Assembly (NCBI RefSeq): GCF_001194135.2
Contig: NC_068984.1
Coordinates: forward strand, 57,964,383 to 58,028,382
DNA from: Octopus bimaculoides
Lineage: Eukaryota
Direction of reading: 5' to 3'
Length of the DNA: 64,000 nt
Shown piece after piece: positions 13,520-25,420 of the stretch. The position numbers were made by a program, and so were the translations under genes. Under the pieces are notes generated by a model, which was given only the letters and a program-made list of their open reading frames with translations, was not told where the DNA came from and ran no database searches. Within the stretch, counting starts at the first letter, position 1, and each line of letters begins with the position of its first letter.

Positions 13520-13710
13520 TAAATTACCACAAATTTTGGGGCAAGAGATTAACCAATTATATCAACCCTAGTAAATGACTAGTATTTATTAACTTGTAAC
13601 GATGAAAGGCTAAGTTGACCTGGCCAAAATTTGAATTTGGAACATAAAACAATGTAACTAAATACTGCATGATTTTTTATCTCGTGTTACTAGTTCTGCC
13701 AACAACAATA
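13520..13710 (-). mobile_element. Old SINE, family A
   Basis: gatgaaaggctaagttgacc...atttgaatttggaac...gttctgccaac. Confidence 0.7.
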
Positions 13711-14829
13711 AATAATGTTATCAAAAAGCAATAAACTGGAGTCTAAAAATATGTCCTTATATAATTTAAGAAAAGCTGAACTATGAACTTTGAATATAGT
13801 CATCATTTTAGTGTTTATCTCAGTATGATCAACTGATCATCAAAGATTTATCTAAGCTTTTAGAATTTATTAATAACAAATGAACTTAGATCAATGCTAA
13901 CAAAACAAAAAAAGATTGGCTTCAATACTGTTGGTCCTAGTTTGTGAATATAACTTGAGAGGTTGTGATGGGGCAAGTGATAGTACTCAGGATCTTATAG
14001 GTTCAAGATCATCTATCATCCCATTAAAGTTAAGCTTCATATTCAATAATGCTAAGTAGATAAATAAAGAATCTTATGAGATAACATTGTTGTCCCAAAC
14101 TCCCATCTGTTTTCTACACAACTGCAACTCTGATTACATCATTATCCAAATGAGTCCTTCCTTGTTTAAGTTGGCCAGGTGTAATGTAGTGGATCTGTTG
14201 TTTATTCTGGATAAGATGTTTGAAAAAATGAAAAGGCCAAGTAGATTAGTTTCTGGACTATTATTGTCTAATAGGTGTTCATTCCAAATCTGCTGCAAAT
14301 GCATTGTAAGGTTTGAGTTTTAGTTCATGTAGCTCTTGTTCTGAAAAAATATGTACTGGATCTTCTGAGAATGTTGCAGGTAATAGAAAAACTACTCTAT
14401 TTTGTGAGAGATTTATCTTTTGCCTTTAACAAAGGAGCTAAGTACCAGCTCTTATAAGCATTTTTCAACTTGGGATACTTTATGGGGCACTGCTCTGCCA
14501 GAAGCCAAGGATATGTCTTCGCTAGCTAAACAGAAGAAAATATTATTTGTTAATGAGATTAAATGAAATGAAATATCTAATGTTTTAGACAGAACCCTTC
14601 ATCAAACACTCCACCCAAAATGTTCAGTATTTCCTGTAATCGTGGCTTACTAACACATCTATCTCAGCCCATCCTCTTACTAACCAAGCCAAAACTAATC
14701 TTGAATTCAAGAGATTTCATAAGGAAAGTAGAATTAAGTTTTCCTAGAAAGGTCAGTCCTGATCAAGAAGACCATTTAACAAAGGTATTCAAGTTATAGA
14801 CCTATTTTTATAGACATATATATATATAA

Positions 14830-15590
14830 CTTGTTTCAGTCATTACACTGTAGCCATGTTGGGGCACTAGCTTGAAGAATTTTTAGTCGAATGTATTAAT
14901 CTCAGTAATTATTATTTAAAACCACGTACTTATCCTATCAGTCTCTTTTGTTGAACTGCTAAGTTACAAGGATGTAAACACACCAGCACGAGTTGTCAAG
15001 GGTGGCGGTGGTAGGGACAAACACAGACACATATATATATATTTCGATAAGAAAAAAATCTACAACCTTCCGTCTCAATACACTACTATTGGACTTGAAA
15101 GTTATTTTTATATTTACTACGGATTGCTTGAAACTTTCTTGCTACACCTCGATCGTTGGATCTTATATTTATTTATACCCCCCCCCCCCCGACACGATGG
15201 AAGCGCATGGCTTAGTGGTTAGGGTATTGGACCCATGATTGTAAGATCATGGTTTCGATTCCTAGACCGGACGACGCTTTGTGTTTTTTTAACAAAAGCA
15301 CAAGCTGGCAAAAATGAGTAATCCTGCGACGGACCGTCGTCCTGTCCAGGTGGGGAATATATACACCATGGAAACCGGCCCTATAAATCTATATGGCTCG
15401 GGAAGGAACTTTATTTTCTACATATATATGATGGACTTCTTTCAGTTTCCGTCTACCAAATCCATCCACAAGGCTTTAATCCGTACGAGGCTATAATAGA
15501 AGACACTTGCCCAAGGTGCTTTCAAGTGGGACTGAACTCGGAACCATGTGGTTGGGAAGCAAACTTCTTATACAGCCACGCCTGTGCCTA
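14830..15590 (-). mobile_element. SINE family B: tail half 14830-15030 and head half 15430-15590, separated by inserted sequence
   Basis: Both halves match 36278-36698 in reverse; a family C SINE lies between them. Confidence 0.7.
15197..15410 (+). mobile_element. SINE, family C head (tRNA-like)
   Basis: GGAAGCGCATGGCTTAGTGGTTAGGG...GGTTTCGATTCC with A/B-box-like motifs; similar to 31046. Confidence 0.7.
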
Positions 15591-15748
15591 TATTGTGGAC
15601 AACAGTGTTCAATATGTTCTTTATTTAAAGTGATTGGTTGTAATTTGAGGGCGAATATGTTATTAACAAGTTGAGCGACAATCTTAAGATTTTTCAAATG
15701 TCTTTGACAAAATAATCTTGTAGACAAAATAATCTTGTTATTTCAATC

Positions 15749-16520
15749 AGGTGGCGAGCTGACAGAATCGTTAGCACGCAGGGTGAACGCTTAGCGATCT
15801 TTCGTCTGCCGCGTTTTGAGTTCAAATTCCGCCGAGGTTGACTATGCCTTTCATCCTTTCAGGGTCGATAGATTAAGTACCAGTGAAACACTGGAGTCGA
15901 TGTAATCGACTAGTCCTCTCCAACCAAATTTCAGGGATCTTTGGGGTTTGACGGGCAACATTTATTTTCTTAACGAAACACTTTCAAACTTGGGACACTG
16001 GTAGAATGTGTCATATAAAACAACTTCTTCTCTTAACCTTCTTAACAAAAAATTGTACATCGCAAGTTATTTCATGTTAAAGTTGTCGTATTTCTGTAAT
16101 TTCAACCAATCACTGACGTCTATTCAGCTGTATACAGTTACTGCTGTTCGGTGTCAAGTGTGTTATTCCCTGTTTAATTATATCATTATTCCCTAGTAAA
16201 GTTTTAGGGTTAGGGTTATGAGTTAGAGTTAAGAACGGGACTAATTTTATTCAAGGGAAAAGATCCCATGACACCGTTACGGCATTAATTGGTTTCACTT
16301 CAATAGACGTCAGTGATTGGTTGAAATTACCGAAATACGACAATTTTTTTACATAAAATAACTTCGAATACAAAATTTTTTATCTGTTCTATACCACAAA
16401 ATATACAAATATTCGAAGTTTGAAAGTGCTTCGGTACCAAAAACACTACAAAAAAAAAATGTTGCCCGTCAAACCCCAAAGATCCAATTTCAGGCCTCGT
16501 GCCTCAAGTAGAAAGGCTAT
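15749..16520 (+). mobile_element. SINE family A interrupted by a MITE (SINE parts 15749-15934 and 16486-16520)
   Basis: ggtggcgagctgacagaatcg...gagttcaaattccgccgagg; the sequence resumes after the MITE. Confidence 0.8.
15935..16485. mobile_element. 551-bp MITE with long TIRs and 8-bp TSD (AATTTCAG)
   Basis: GGATCTTTGGGGTTTGACGGGCAACATTT / AAATGTTGCCCGTCAAACCCCAAAGATCC. TSD at 15927-15934 and 16486-16493. Inner inverted pair at 16082-16125 and 16301-16345. Confidence 0.9.
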
Positions 16521-17250
16521 TTCAATCGATAAAAAGATTTTGCCCAAACATTTGCATTCACATGTGGATATGAGATATATTAGTGTGGAACTAAAAGAGA
16601 AAATATCTAAAAATCAGTATTTATTAGAAATTGGGTGTCCTCCGAAATGTGAACGGTCTCGTCTATAAAATAACAAGTGCGTGGATAAATTGTGATTAAG
16701 TTTAGATGTTTGATAAACACAAATTCAACCTTATGTTTATGCATGAGCTGGAGAGCAACTGAACTAGTTGCGATCTATTGTCTTCTATGAAGCGGGTCAA
16801 CGCAGGAGGCAGAATGTACGAACGTATGTTTATTAAACATGCATATGCAAGTTAACTTATTCCAAATTTTTCCACACGCACGCTGTCGCAATATTGGGGC
16901 GCTTTTATTTTATATGTAAAACCAGTGAATGTACAGATGTTATTTTTACATAAAAAACGCCTGTTACTCATAACTTGATGCAGCTTTCTCTCCTTGTAAG
17001 ACGAATATGAATGGATAAGACGGCGAGAACTCGTCAAGCTGTATTCGAGTTGGTTCAGCAAAGAGCCCTTTATCTTCGCACTTCGGGAATAGAATTGACC
17101 GAATCCTGATGTATTTCTAAATAACAACGAAAGTTGTGAGTCCGTTCTCCACCAGTTTCGAGGTGTCTGCTAGTGACTATAGACACTTAAAAACAATTAG
17201 CGAAAGCATACTTAAATGCTACCAAGCCATACTCGGTTGCGAGTGACGGT

Positions 17251-17308
<58 letters not shown>

Positions 17309-17339
17309 TTCAATTGTCAAACATAAAACGAAAGTAAAT

Positions 17340-17690
17340 ATTGGTTTCAAATTTTGGCACATGGCCAGCAATTTCAGGAGAGAGACTAAGTCGATTACAT
17401 CGACTTCCAGTGCTCGACTGGTACTTATGGCATAACTACAGGGAAATTTTTGTATATTCGGATTCTACATAGTAAATACTATATGCATAGAATATTTCAT
17501 TAAAAAATATTCATTTTTCTGAAAGTTATGACCTCCCAAAGTCTGGTGGGTAAAACCCTGTAGTTATGCCCTTATTTTAACAAACCCGAAAGGATGAAAG
17601 GCGAAGTCGACCTCGGCGGAATTTGAACTCAGAACGTAATGACAGACGAAATGCATTTTGCTCGGCATGCTAACAATCTGTCAGCTCTAA
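17340..17690 (-). mobile_element. SINE family A interrupted by a 142-bp MITE
   Basis: ttggtttcaaattttggcac...ctggtacttat | insertion | tttaacaaacccgaaaggatgaaaggcgaagtcgacc. Confidence 0.8.
17429..17570. mobile_element. 142-bp MITE, perfect 15-bp TIR, apparent 5-bp TSD (CTTAT)
   Basis: GGCATAACTACAGGG ... CCCTGTAGTTATGCC; CTTAT at 17424-17428 and 17571-17575. Confidence 0.85.
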
Positions 17691-17719
17691 CTAAATACTC
17701 AAATCAGGAAAAGCACGCA

Positions 17720-18035
17720 ACAAAGTTGAGTGATTAAAAGAAGTTTGGCTGCTATTTCCAACAGAATGAACGCTTACGTAAGGGCTTTTTTGTTGGCTTG
17801 TATCTCGGAGTGTTCCAAGTCCCCCTGATTGAACAGGCCTCCGATCGAAGACAACCCAACTTCGCCTTTTTATGTGTATGTTGCATTAATATAAAACAAT
17901 TTATTATTTAGGATTGAAGTAGATCCGAAGCAGATTTTTCTGCTATTTCTTTCAGGTCAAATTATTCTGTAGAAAGCTCACTCGTTGGCTCGTGTCTCAA
18001 TGTTGTTTAGACCCACGTCCCCTCTCATCGAACAG
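17720..18035 (+). repeat. Two diverged tandem copies of a dispersed repeat (gatttggctgctatttc... family; also at 62070-62135 and on the minus strand near 9280-9310)
   Basis: Shared ttt(gg)ctgctatttc...gttggct.gt.tc...cccc..at.gaacag; class unknown. Confidence 0.5.
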
Positions 18036-18324
18036 AATTGACCCTTGATTAACTATCTCAGCCATGGCACTCTCATTTTATTTTCACATATTTAATATGT
18101 CCTAGAACAACATTAAAGGTAATGTGTTCTTCCTATGTTTTCGTTGTTATTACTAACCGATCAAGAAACCGCCCCTTTTCTTGAGTTGTCAAAGTCGGTT
18201 AAAGATCGGTCAACAAAGCACAAGATTTCGTTTCGAATCCTGGGTTAAAAAATATTATAACAGATTTCACTTCCCTAAATATTAGACGTGATATCAAAAC
18301 AAAACTAATATTATAGAAATAGCC

Positions 18325-18356
<32 letters not shown>

Positions 18357-18706
18357 TGCTATAAGAAAGAACAACTGAAAAGTGCACTTGATTCATCGAG
18401 AATAGTTTGGAAAACAATCTATACCAAAAAGCGTGGAAACAGAAAATACAAAAATAAACAGTTGCGTAAACACTGATATTCAACATTTAGCAAAAGCAAA
18501 AAAAGCATTCGTAAATTATGTCTAACGACTACAAAATAGCATTTGATTTTTCATTAAAAAAATTAAAATAATGTTGAAAACAAAAAAGAAATCAATGAAT
18601 TATTTTGGCAAGTGACTTATTTGTAAAGTGATCAACTGACTATCAGCAATGATATACATACATAAATAAGTCTTAATATTAATTCTAGAGGCATTTATGT
18701 TGTTAC

Positions 18707-18790
18707 CTTGGTCATTCCAACCCCGATGACATAGACATCGTTGTAACTGGGTGATGAGTTGAGTGAACGAGTGGCATGTAGCGGCGCCAT
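18707..18790 (-). CDS. SCP2: SCP2/SCPx coding exon 1 (MAPLHATRSLNSSPSYNDVYVIGVGMTK)
   Basis: ATG at 18790, 84 nt open, ends AAG|GTAACA (phase 0). VYVIGVGMTK matches the SCPx thiolase N-terminus (human VFVVGVGMTK). Confidence 0.95.
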
Positions 18791-20800
18791 TTTGGTGTTA
18801 ACACGAAGGACACTGTAATATTTTATTCGCTTTTAATAATTGTTTTATCATACGATTTTAGCTGCTGGAGAATATCTACATATATCTATACTTATCCATA
18901 TCAATCTATCTATATATATATGTTTACATATATACCTATAGATATAAGATAAAGAGGAAAGAAAGAGAAATGGGGAGAGGGAGAGTGTGCATGCGTTTGT
19001 ACATATATGTTAAATTAATCAGCAGTAGCATAAAGTCACCCGGATGTCAACATTCTTTAAAATTTAACCTTTCGTCACATTTATTAATCTTAATTCTAAA
19101 AAGAAGAGGAATATCACTGCCGTCATAATTCATAGTATTAATAAGCATATTCATAAACAATGTGCTTTATAGTAGAAACAATTACGATATATTTGTTGTA
19201 TTTCTTTTTCCGTATTTTTAGACTTATTTCTTTTATTCAGCGAAGAATTATTCACAAAAGTCTATTGAATTAAACAATGGTATGTGATTGATTGATAAAT
19301 TATTTCATCTATCACAGAGAAATGCGAAGTAACGACGACCCCAGCGGCATTTGAACTCAGAATGCCTACGGTCGAAACTAAATACTACAAGGCGTTTTAA
19401 TCTGGCGCTCGGCCGTTTATATCAGTCCACCGCCTTTTCCCCACATTTCAAAATCAAAGTCCTGGTAAATTATATTTGATAGAATGTTAAATTTAATCTC
19501 ATATACGTCATAAGTGACAAATTTTATTTTTTCTTTAAACATAAAATGGAATATTAGCTGTGGATTTAAAGGACAAAGTACATACTTAAATAAAAAAAAA
19601 TGTATAGGAGAGAGCGATATTGCTTTGTGTTTGAGTATCGGTCGACCTGTTTTCCAGTAGTGCACTAGTTACCCCATTCGTCTGAAATTCGTAGGGAGTT
19701 CAGAATAATTTCAAATATACATACTTAACCCCTGAAATTATAACAGTTATTATATCTACCGATATATCTTTTTGCTCAATATCTGAAATTGGTTTAAAAG
19801 CTGACATTGACAAAGAAAGTTAGTATAGAGAAAATATTTTATAGGATAAGTCACGTTGGAAATTAAAACAAATATCAAATAATGTGAATATATAAACACT
19901 GGTAGTGAGTTGTGCGACTGCGTATGAAAAAAAAAATCAAGGCAATGTTTGAAGAAAAATATATTTCTGATGTCAAAGCTACTTGAGAAGCAAGACAATG
20001 ACTATGAAAGAATGAAGTAAGGAAAGGGCGAATATTAAATTTAGATAAGTAGAAAGAAGAGTGAGGGATAAATGTGTAAGATAAAGTTGGAGATAGAGAC
20101 GGAGTATCTCATAAAGACGATGTACGTAAAAAAGAGTCTGTTATGTACGATAATGTAAAGCAGACACAAAAACAGAGAGAGAGGGCAGAGGATTAAATAG
20201 AAAGGGTGTAAACCAATGTCGAACTATGATAGAGAAAGAGATGATTAACTAGAGTGTATGGTGAAACAGACGGGTAATGAAAGATTTAAATAGAGAGGGA
20301 GTACGGCACTGTAGTGCATACTAAGAGATAGAAAACACTGTTTTTAGTAGAGAGGGTGAGTCAAGACCCGGAGGGTGTTTTGAAGCCCTGCTAAGTTACT
20401 AACGAATTTACTATCAATTTTCTTTTGGCGCCGTTATTGTTTATGCTATTAGAGAATACCATCGCTAAACAAGCATTAATTAGTGCACTAAAAAAAAAAT
20501 TCATTGCTACCTCGTTATTACCTTGAAAAAGAATAGACTGATTATTATTATATGCTTCTCATACGCATCTCTCTTTCACCCTATCACACACGCACATATA
20601 TATATATAAATACATATATACACATTTAGAATATATATTTATACATATTTAGATATACAAACAGAAATACCTCCATATAATACACACATATAAATATATA
20701 TAGAGAGCCCCTCTGTTTGTGTGTCTCTGTCTTTCTCATTACACCCTCCCTCATAACTATGTATTTGTCTGCACACGAAAGAGAAGCAGTGTGAGTAGTC
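18791..20800. promoter_or_regulatory. Divergent (head-to-head) promoter region between SCP2 and NIPBL
   Basis: About 2 kb between opposite 5' ends. YY1-like CGCCATTTT overlaps the SCP2 start codon (18785-18793), E2F-like TTTGGCGC near 20425, TGAGTCA near 20358. Motif matches only. Confidence 0.5.
19320..19435 (-). mobile_element. Degenerate SINE family A head
   Basis: gacccc.gcggcatttgaactcagaa...tccaccgcc. Confidence 0.6.
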
Positions 20801-20961
20801 GTAAAACGGGGAAAAATGGTAGTCCAAGGAGTGGATTAAAACTAAGCGATTGCTATTCTTAAACGGAGGAAAAAAAGCTTAGCTTGGATTTATATTTATT
20901 TCTTTTAGCAATGACATTTATTTTGGATATTTTAGTTCTGAAAGCCTCTTCTGTTATACAG
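20760..20961 (+). other. NIPBL: Candidate non-coding 5' exon(s) of NIPBL
   Basis: Strong donor CAG|GTAAGA at 20961/20962 in a promoter-like, CpG-retaining region. A possible mini-intron at 20791-20908 (GTGAGT ... tcttttAG) would split it into two exons. Vertebrate NIPBL also has a non-coding exon 1. TSS not determinable from sequence. Confidence 0.5.
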
Positions 20962-22699
20962 GTAAGAGACTAATTATTACGCTTTCTTATTCTCAATGTG
21001 TTGACAAGAAGTGGAGGTTCATTTAAATTGATAAATAAACTGACAACCGAACCTCCGCTTTATGACGACAACATACGTATGGCATAAATGCAACTTGTCA
21101 GACTTTTTCTATAAAATATCATTAAGTATCTTTCAACAAAATGAATCCTTCATTTACTTGGTAAAAAATTTCTGTAAGAAATAATTAGAGACGATATATG
21201 ATCGTTACTGTACCCTGTTTGGTGTGATATTGCTACTACTAAAGCTTATGTTGGTAATTTTCATTATGAGCAGACGAGCAGAGCTTCTTTCTCTTTATTA
21301 ATAGATCTGATGATGAAATACTGTAAGATGTTTTTTGTAAGAACTTTTTTGTTTATACTTTTATTTTCAACATTTCATTAACTATCTGTTCCTAATATAA
21401 ATGTTTACGGACAAAATAATTTTAAGTAGAGAAGCTGGGCACTTGCCACAAAGTGAGGGATCGTTTTAGTATTGATTTACAGAAAAAGCTGATCCCTCAC
21501 TTTGTGGCGATTATTTACAAATGTCGGCTGTAGCCTGCTTGCTTGTATGCTTTAGCTGACTAATAGGCCATGGTTGTAGTATTAAGCAATAAAAGCGACG
21601 AGTGCTGCAGATTTTATGACTAATTTTATATTTGACAAAATGCATTCAAGAATATGAAATTAGAGATAGTTTGGTGGAATAGAGAGAAATTTTAAATAGC
21701 TTTTGTTTACATCTGATTTCATTTATAACCTCTCCATTCTTGACATGTTAAAACACTTGGAAGACTCATCATATAGATTTTGAGATATTTTTATAATATT
21801 CAAGCTTAAATTCTTCATGATCTTCATTGAATTGAAATTTCGATGCTGTATTCAGAAAAGTGTTTCAAACTCTTTTAGTCAGATCAGATTGCAAACAATT
21901 ACTCAGGTGTATGCCAGATTTTCCAACCAACGACTGCATCAGTGGCCATATTGTATCATAAACATTGTCAATGGACTATATTTTATAGAATGCTTCATCT
22001 ATTTCTATACAGTTATTCTTTTCATTACATTCGTTGTCTGAGATATTTTTTCATTAAATGAAGACTTTCGTTCATTTTATGTTTCGACTGTTATTAATAA
22101 TACTCAACAATTTAAATCATTATGTATATTCATTTACAAATATTGAAATACCAGAACTCCTGTTGCCTGCGAAAATAGCCACTGTTATGTATTATTATTC
22201 TTCTTAAGTTTCTCCTTTTTGTGTCTTTACTTTTAATTCACCCATTTAGATATTTCCTCCAGAATCTTTTCACTACTAAGCACTTTCTTAGAATATATAT
22301 ATATTTATTTTTCTGTGTGTGTGTGTTTTATACACACTAAAAGCAAATTGTATGTGTGTGTGTGTATATATATTTATTCAATATACACATACATAAATAT
22401 ACAAACATACATTTGTTTCTTAGTTATGTATATATATATCAGTGCAAATTGTACATTCTCAATGCAAACTAAGCGAATTTATATAAATGATTCTTATATA
22501 TATATATATATATATATATAATCATTTTAAAGAAAGTTACGGGAAAGCAGTTGATGGGGAACCAACATGTAGTTAAGCCGATACTCACACTTTTATATAT
22601 TAAACAAGTTGTGGATATATGCATTTCTGCTGGACAGATAGATATATTATTAAACCAAAGTATGTATGTATATCATTCGGCATGCTGGACCGCTGAAAT

Positions 22700-22825
22700 C
22701 CACAAGTTTTTTTATTCTCTGTTTATTTTCTCTTATTCCTTTCTGTTGAAGAGCGTAAGCCCGAAACGTATACAAACTAATACACCTGTCTTCGTCTTTT
22801 GTTTCTCTATAAATTTCGAATATAT
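22700..22825 (+). mobile_element. 3'-terminal fragment of a Penelope-like element with a hammerhead-like motif
   Basis: ttcctttctgttgaagagcgtaagcccgaaacgta and acacctgtcttcgtcttttg are shared with 60465-60595; followed by (TA)n. Confidence 0.6.
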
Positions 22826-22998
22826 ATATATATATAATGAAAGCAAGTTGGTGTGTGTATGTAAATAAGTATATATATGCAATCAATCGCATATATATAT
22901 AATGAAAGCAAGTTGGTGTGTATGTATATAAGTATATATATATATATACAATCAATCGCATATATATATATATATATATATAATGAAAGCAAGTTATA
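22826..22998. repeat. Minisatellite, ~2.5 units of ~65-80 bp ((TA)n-ATGAAAGCAAGTTGGTGTG...CAATCAATCGC)
   Basis: aatgaaagcaagtt recurs at ~22837, ~22901 and ~22982. Confidence 0.85.
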
Positions 22999-24395
22999 TT
23001 TATATTTTCCTAACGCGAATTCTAATGTTTATATATTTTTCAATCAAATTTGAATTTTTATTCTAAGTTTTATTGCATGTATGTATATTTTGAAAGCAAG
23101 TTTTAATGTAAGCTACATGTACGCTTTAGATGCATTTTTTAATGCAAGTTCTGTGTATCTTACATACACAATTTCTTACAATGCGGAAAAAAGAATATTT
23201 CAGGCATAAAGGCCTAACATGAAAAAATAAACGGAAATTTATCGGTCTGTTAAGATACTGATCTAATCTAAATGGACCGATTGTTTGATAGGGTTATTAA
23301 ATTTATTCCTTTCTTCATTTAAGAATCTCTCAGTCTTAAACTCGTTTTGCAAAGTGATTCAAGTAAGCTACAAGGTTCTATAATGTGTGTAAGAGAGAGA
23401 TACAGACATAACCCCGTTCTGGTAATGAATGGTAAATTAGTCCACAAGTTAGCAGGAGCAGTGTTGAACTCGTATAAACGCACATCATGTGCGTGAAAAT
23501 TCTTGAATCAAAGATCAAGGAGACCATAAGTTGAACAATATAACTTTAGTGCAAATAGTAGTATTTACATATTCAATGTTTTGAATTAGAATGTGTGTCC
23601 ACACATAAATACATTTTAATCGTAAATTCTGTCCGAGTGAGAAAAATAAGCTTCGAATAAAAACCTATTCAATTCTAACCGTAATGAGTACTATTGCATC
23701 CAACTAGGTTTTACTTATATGTTCTCAGAATATAATGTGTGTATACCAAAAGTAAGTGGTTTCTATTATAACTTCCTTTTAGAAAATATACAAAATACAA
23801 AAACAATAGTTGACTTGTATATTCTTAGCAGACGACTTATTTATCATGAATCCTTTTTGTTTTGCTTGCCAACGAAGTATGACTATTCACTGCACATTTT
23901 NNNNNNNNNNNNNNNNNNNNNNNNNNNNNNNNNNNNNNNNNNNNNNNNNNNNNNNNNNNNNNNNNNNNNNNNNNNNNNNNNNNNNNNNNNNNNNNNNNNN
24001 NNNNNNNNNNNNNNNNNNNNNNNNNNNNNNNNNNNNNNNNNNNNNNNNNNNNNNNNNNNNNNNNNNNNNNNNNNNNNNNNNNNNNNTATATATATCAGTT
24101 TAAATAAACTATATAACTAAATATAGACTACAACTGTTCCAATATATCAATCAGTCATTGGAAACGGAAGTTTTAAATTATCCATACCTAACTGATATTT
24201 TTCTTCTTCCAGTTCTGTGTATTGTCTAAACGTAAAATGTTTTTGTTTATCTTTTTTTTTTAATGTACGGAATAATTCTTTTGCAATTTATTAATATTTA
24301 GATTAAAGAAGAATAAATTTAAACGTCAGCGAGCTAATACTTTTTTTTTCTGTTGTAATTCCATATGAATCTTGGATGCCTTTGTAGGAATATCA

Positions 24396-24704
24396 GACAC
24401 TCCGTCGATTATGATGAGTGTTCCAGTTGATCCGATCAGCGAAACAGCCTGCTCGTTAAAATTAACATGCAAGTGCTGAGCATTCAACAGACACGCGCAC
24501 CCTTAACGTAAATTCTCAGGGAGATTCAGCGTGACACAGAATGTGACAAGGCTGGCCATTTGAAATACTGGTACTACTTATTTTTGCTAGCTGGGTGGAC
24601 TAGAGCAATGTGAAATAGAGAAACTTGCTCAAGGACACAACGAATATCGAACTCACGACTTTACGATCTTGCGTTGTACACCTCTAACCACTAAACCCTG
24701 AGCC
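24396..24704 (-). mobile_element. SINE, family C
   Basis: Reverse complement of 31046-31416 segments (acagcctgctcg, cccttaacgta, gtgacaaggctggcc). Confidence 0.8.
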
Positions 24705-24719
24705 TTTATATTATCCTTC

Positions 24720-25420
24720 TGGTACGGAGGGAGGGGAATTGTTAAAATTGTAAAGTGAGTGGACAGTTTGCCATCTTTAATAAAATCGGAGGGTTTTAAG
24801 CATGCCCAACCCGATGGCGAAGAAAGATGGATGCAAACATTTTGTCTTCTCATTTAGAAAGAGGAGGAGGAGCAAAAACATTTTTTTGGAGGTCAGTAGG
24901 TAAGTGTGTGCTGATATTTATTTGTTTGAGAACCACAGCCCCACTTAGTTTAATTCCTTAGTGACTAGATTTTTTTTGTTTTTGTGGAGGGCCATCATAC
25001 TCTGCTGTATTTCATGGCTTAAAGTTGCAATTGGGTGCTTTTCAGTTAGTGTGATTACAAGGTTATTCTACCGTTATTTAATATTTTTGTTATTTGCTTC
25101 ACGAATGTTTGATGCGTGCGTTTATTGTACACTTAAAGGTACCAATTCTGGTGTTTTCAGTATAGTCCAAAATCGGTGTTCTCAGCAAAATTTTGCCATT
25201 AGTGGTAAATGTCTAACACATTTCCACCCTACTCCATTCTAGATACGTGACATGCCTATCTGAAAGTGCGTGCTTCTTGTATGGTAATTCCAGATTGTTT
25301 ATATTTTTCTTTGCATATGCATTGGTTTCATTCTTAACCGGTAGTTTCCACGATGGGGTTCACATTTATTTTTATGTCAGGTTATCAGTTGAAAAACACA
25401 AAGAATGAGGTGTTCCTGTT
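24720..25420 (-). mobile_element. Possible highly decayed PLE RT C-terminal/linker remnant
   Basis: Frameshifted minus-strand fragments (KQSGITIQEARTFR*AC ... EMC*TFTTNG) loosely resemble the PLE thumb; weak. Confidence 0.25.

Noticed and set aside
14080-14530. Minus-strand pieces loosely like a PLE linker region
   Set aside because: Similarity too weak to call by eye.
18737-18790. SCPx N-terminal extension as PTS2 or mitochondrial presequence
   Set aside because: No RLx5HL match; too short and ambiguous to call a presequence.
20911-20961. MTFILDILVLKASSVIQ as an N-terminal extension of NIPBL
   Set aside because: Splicing to 46221 gives ATG-TAA immediately, so it cannot join the main ORF; treated as a uORF.
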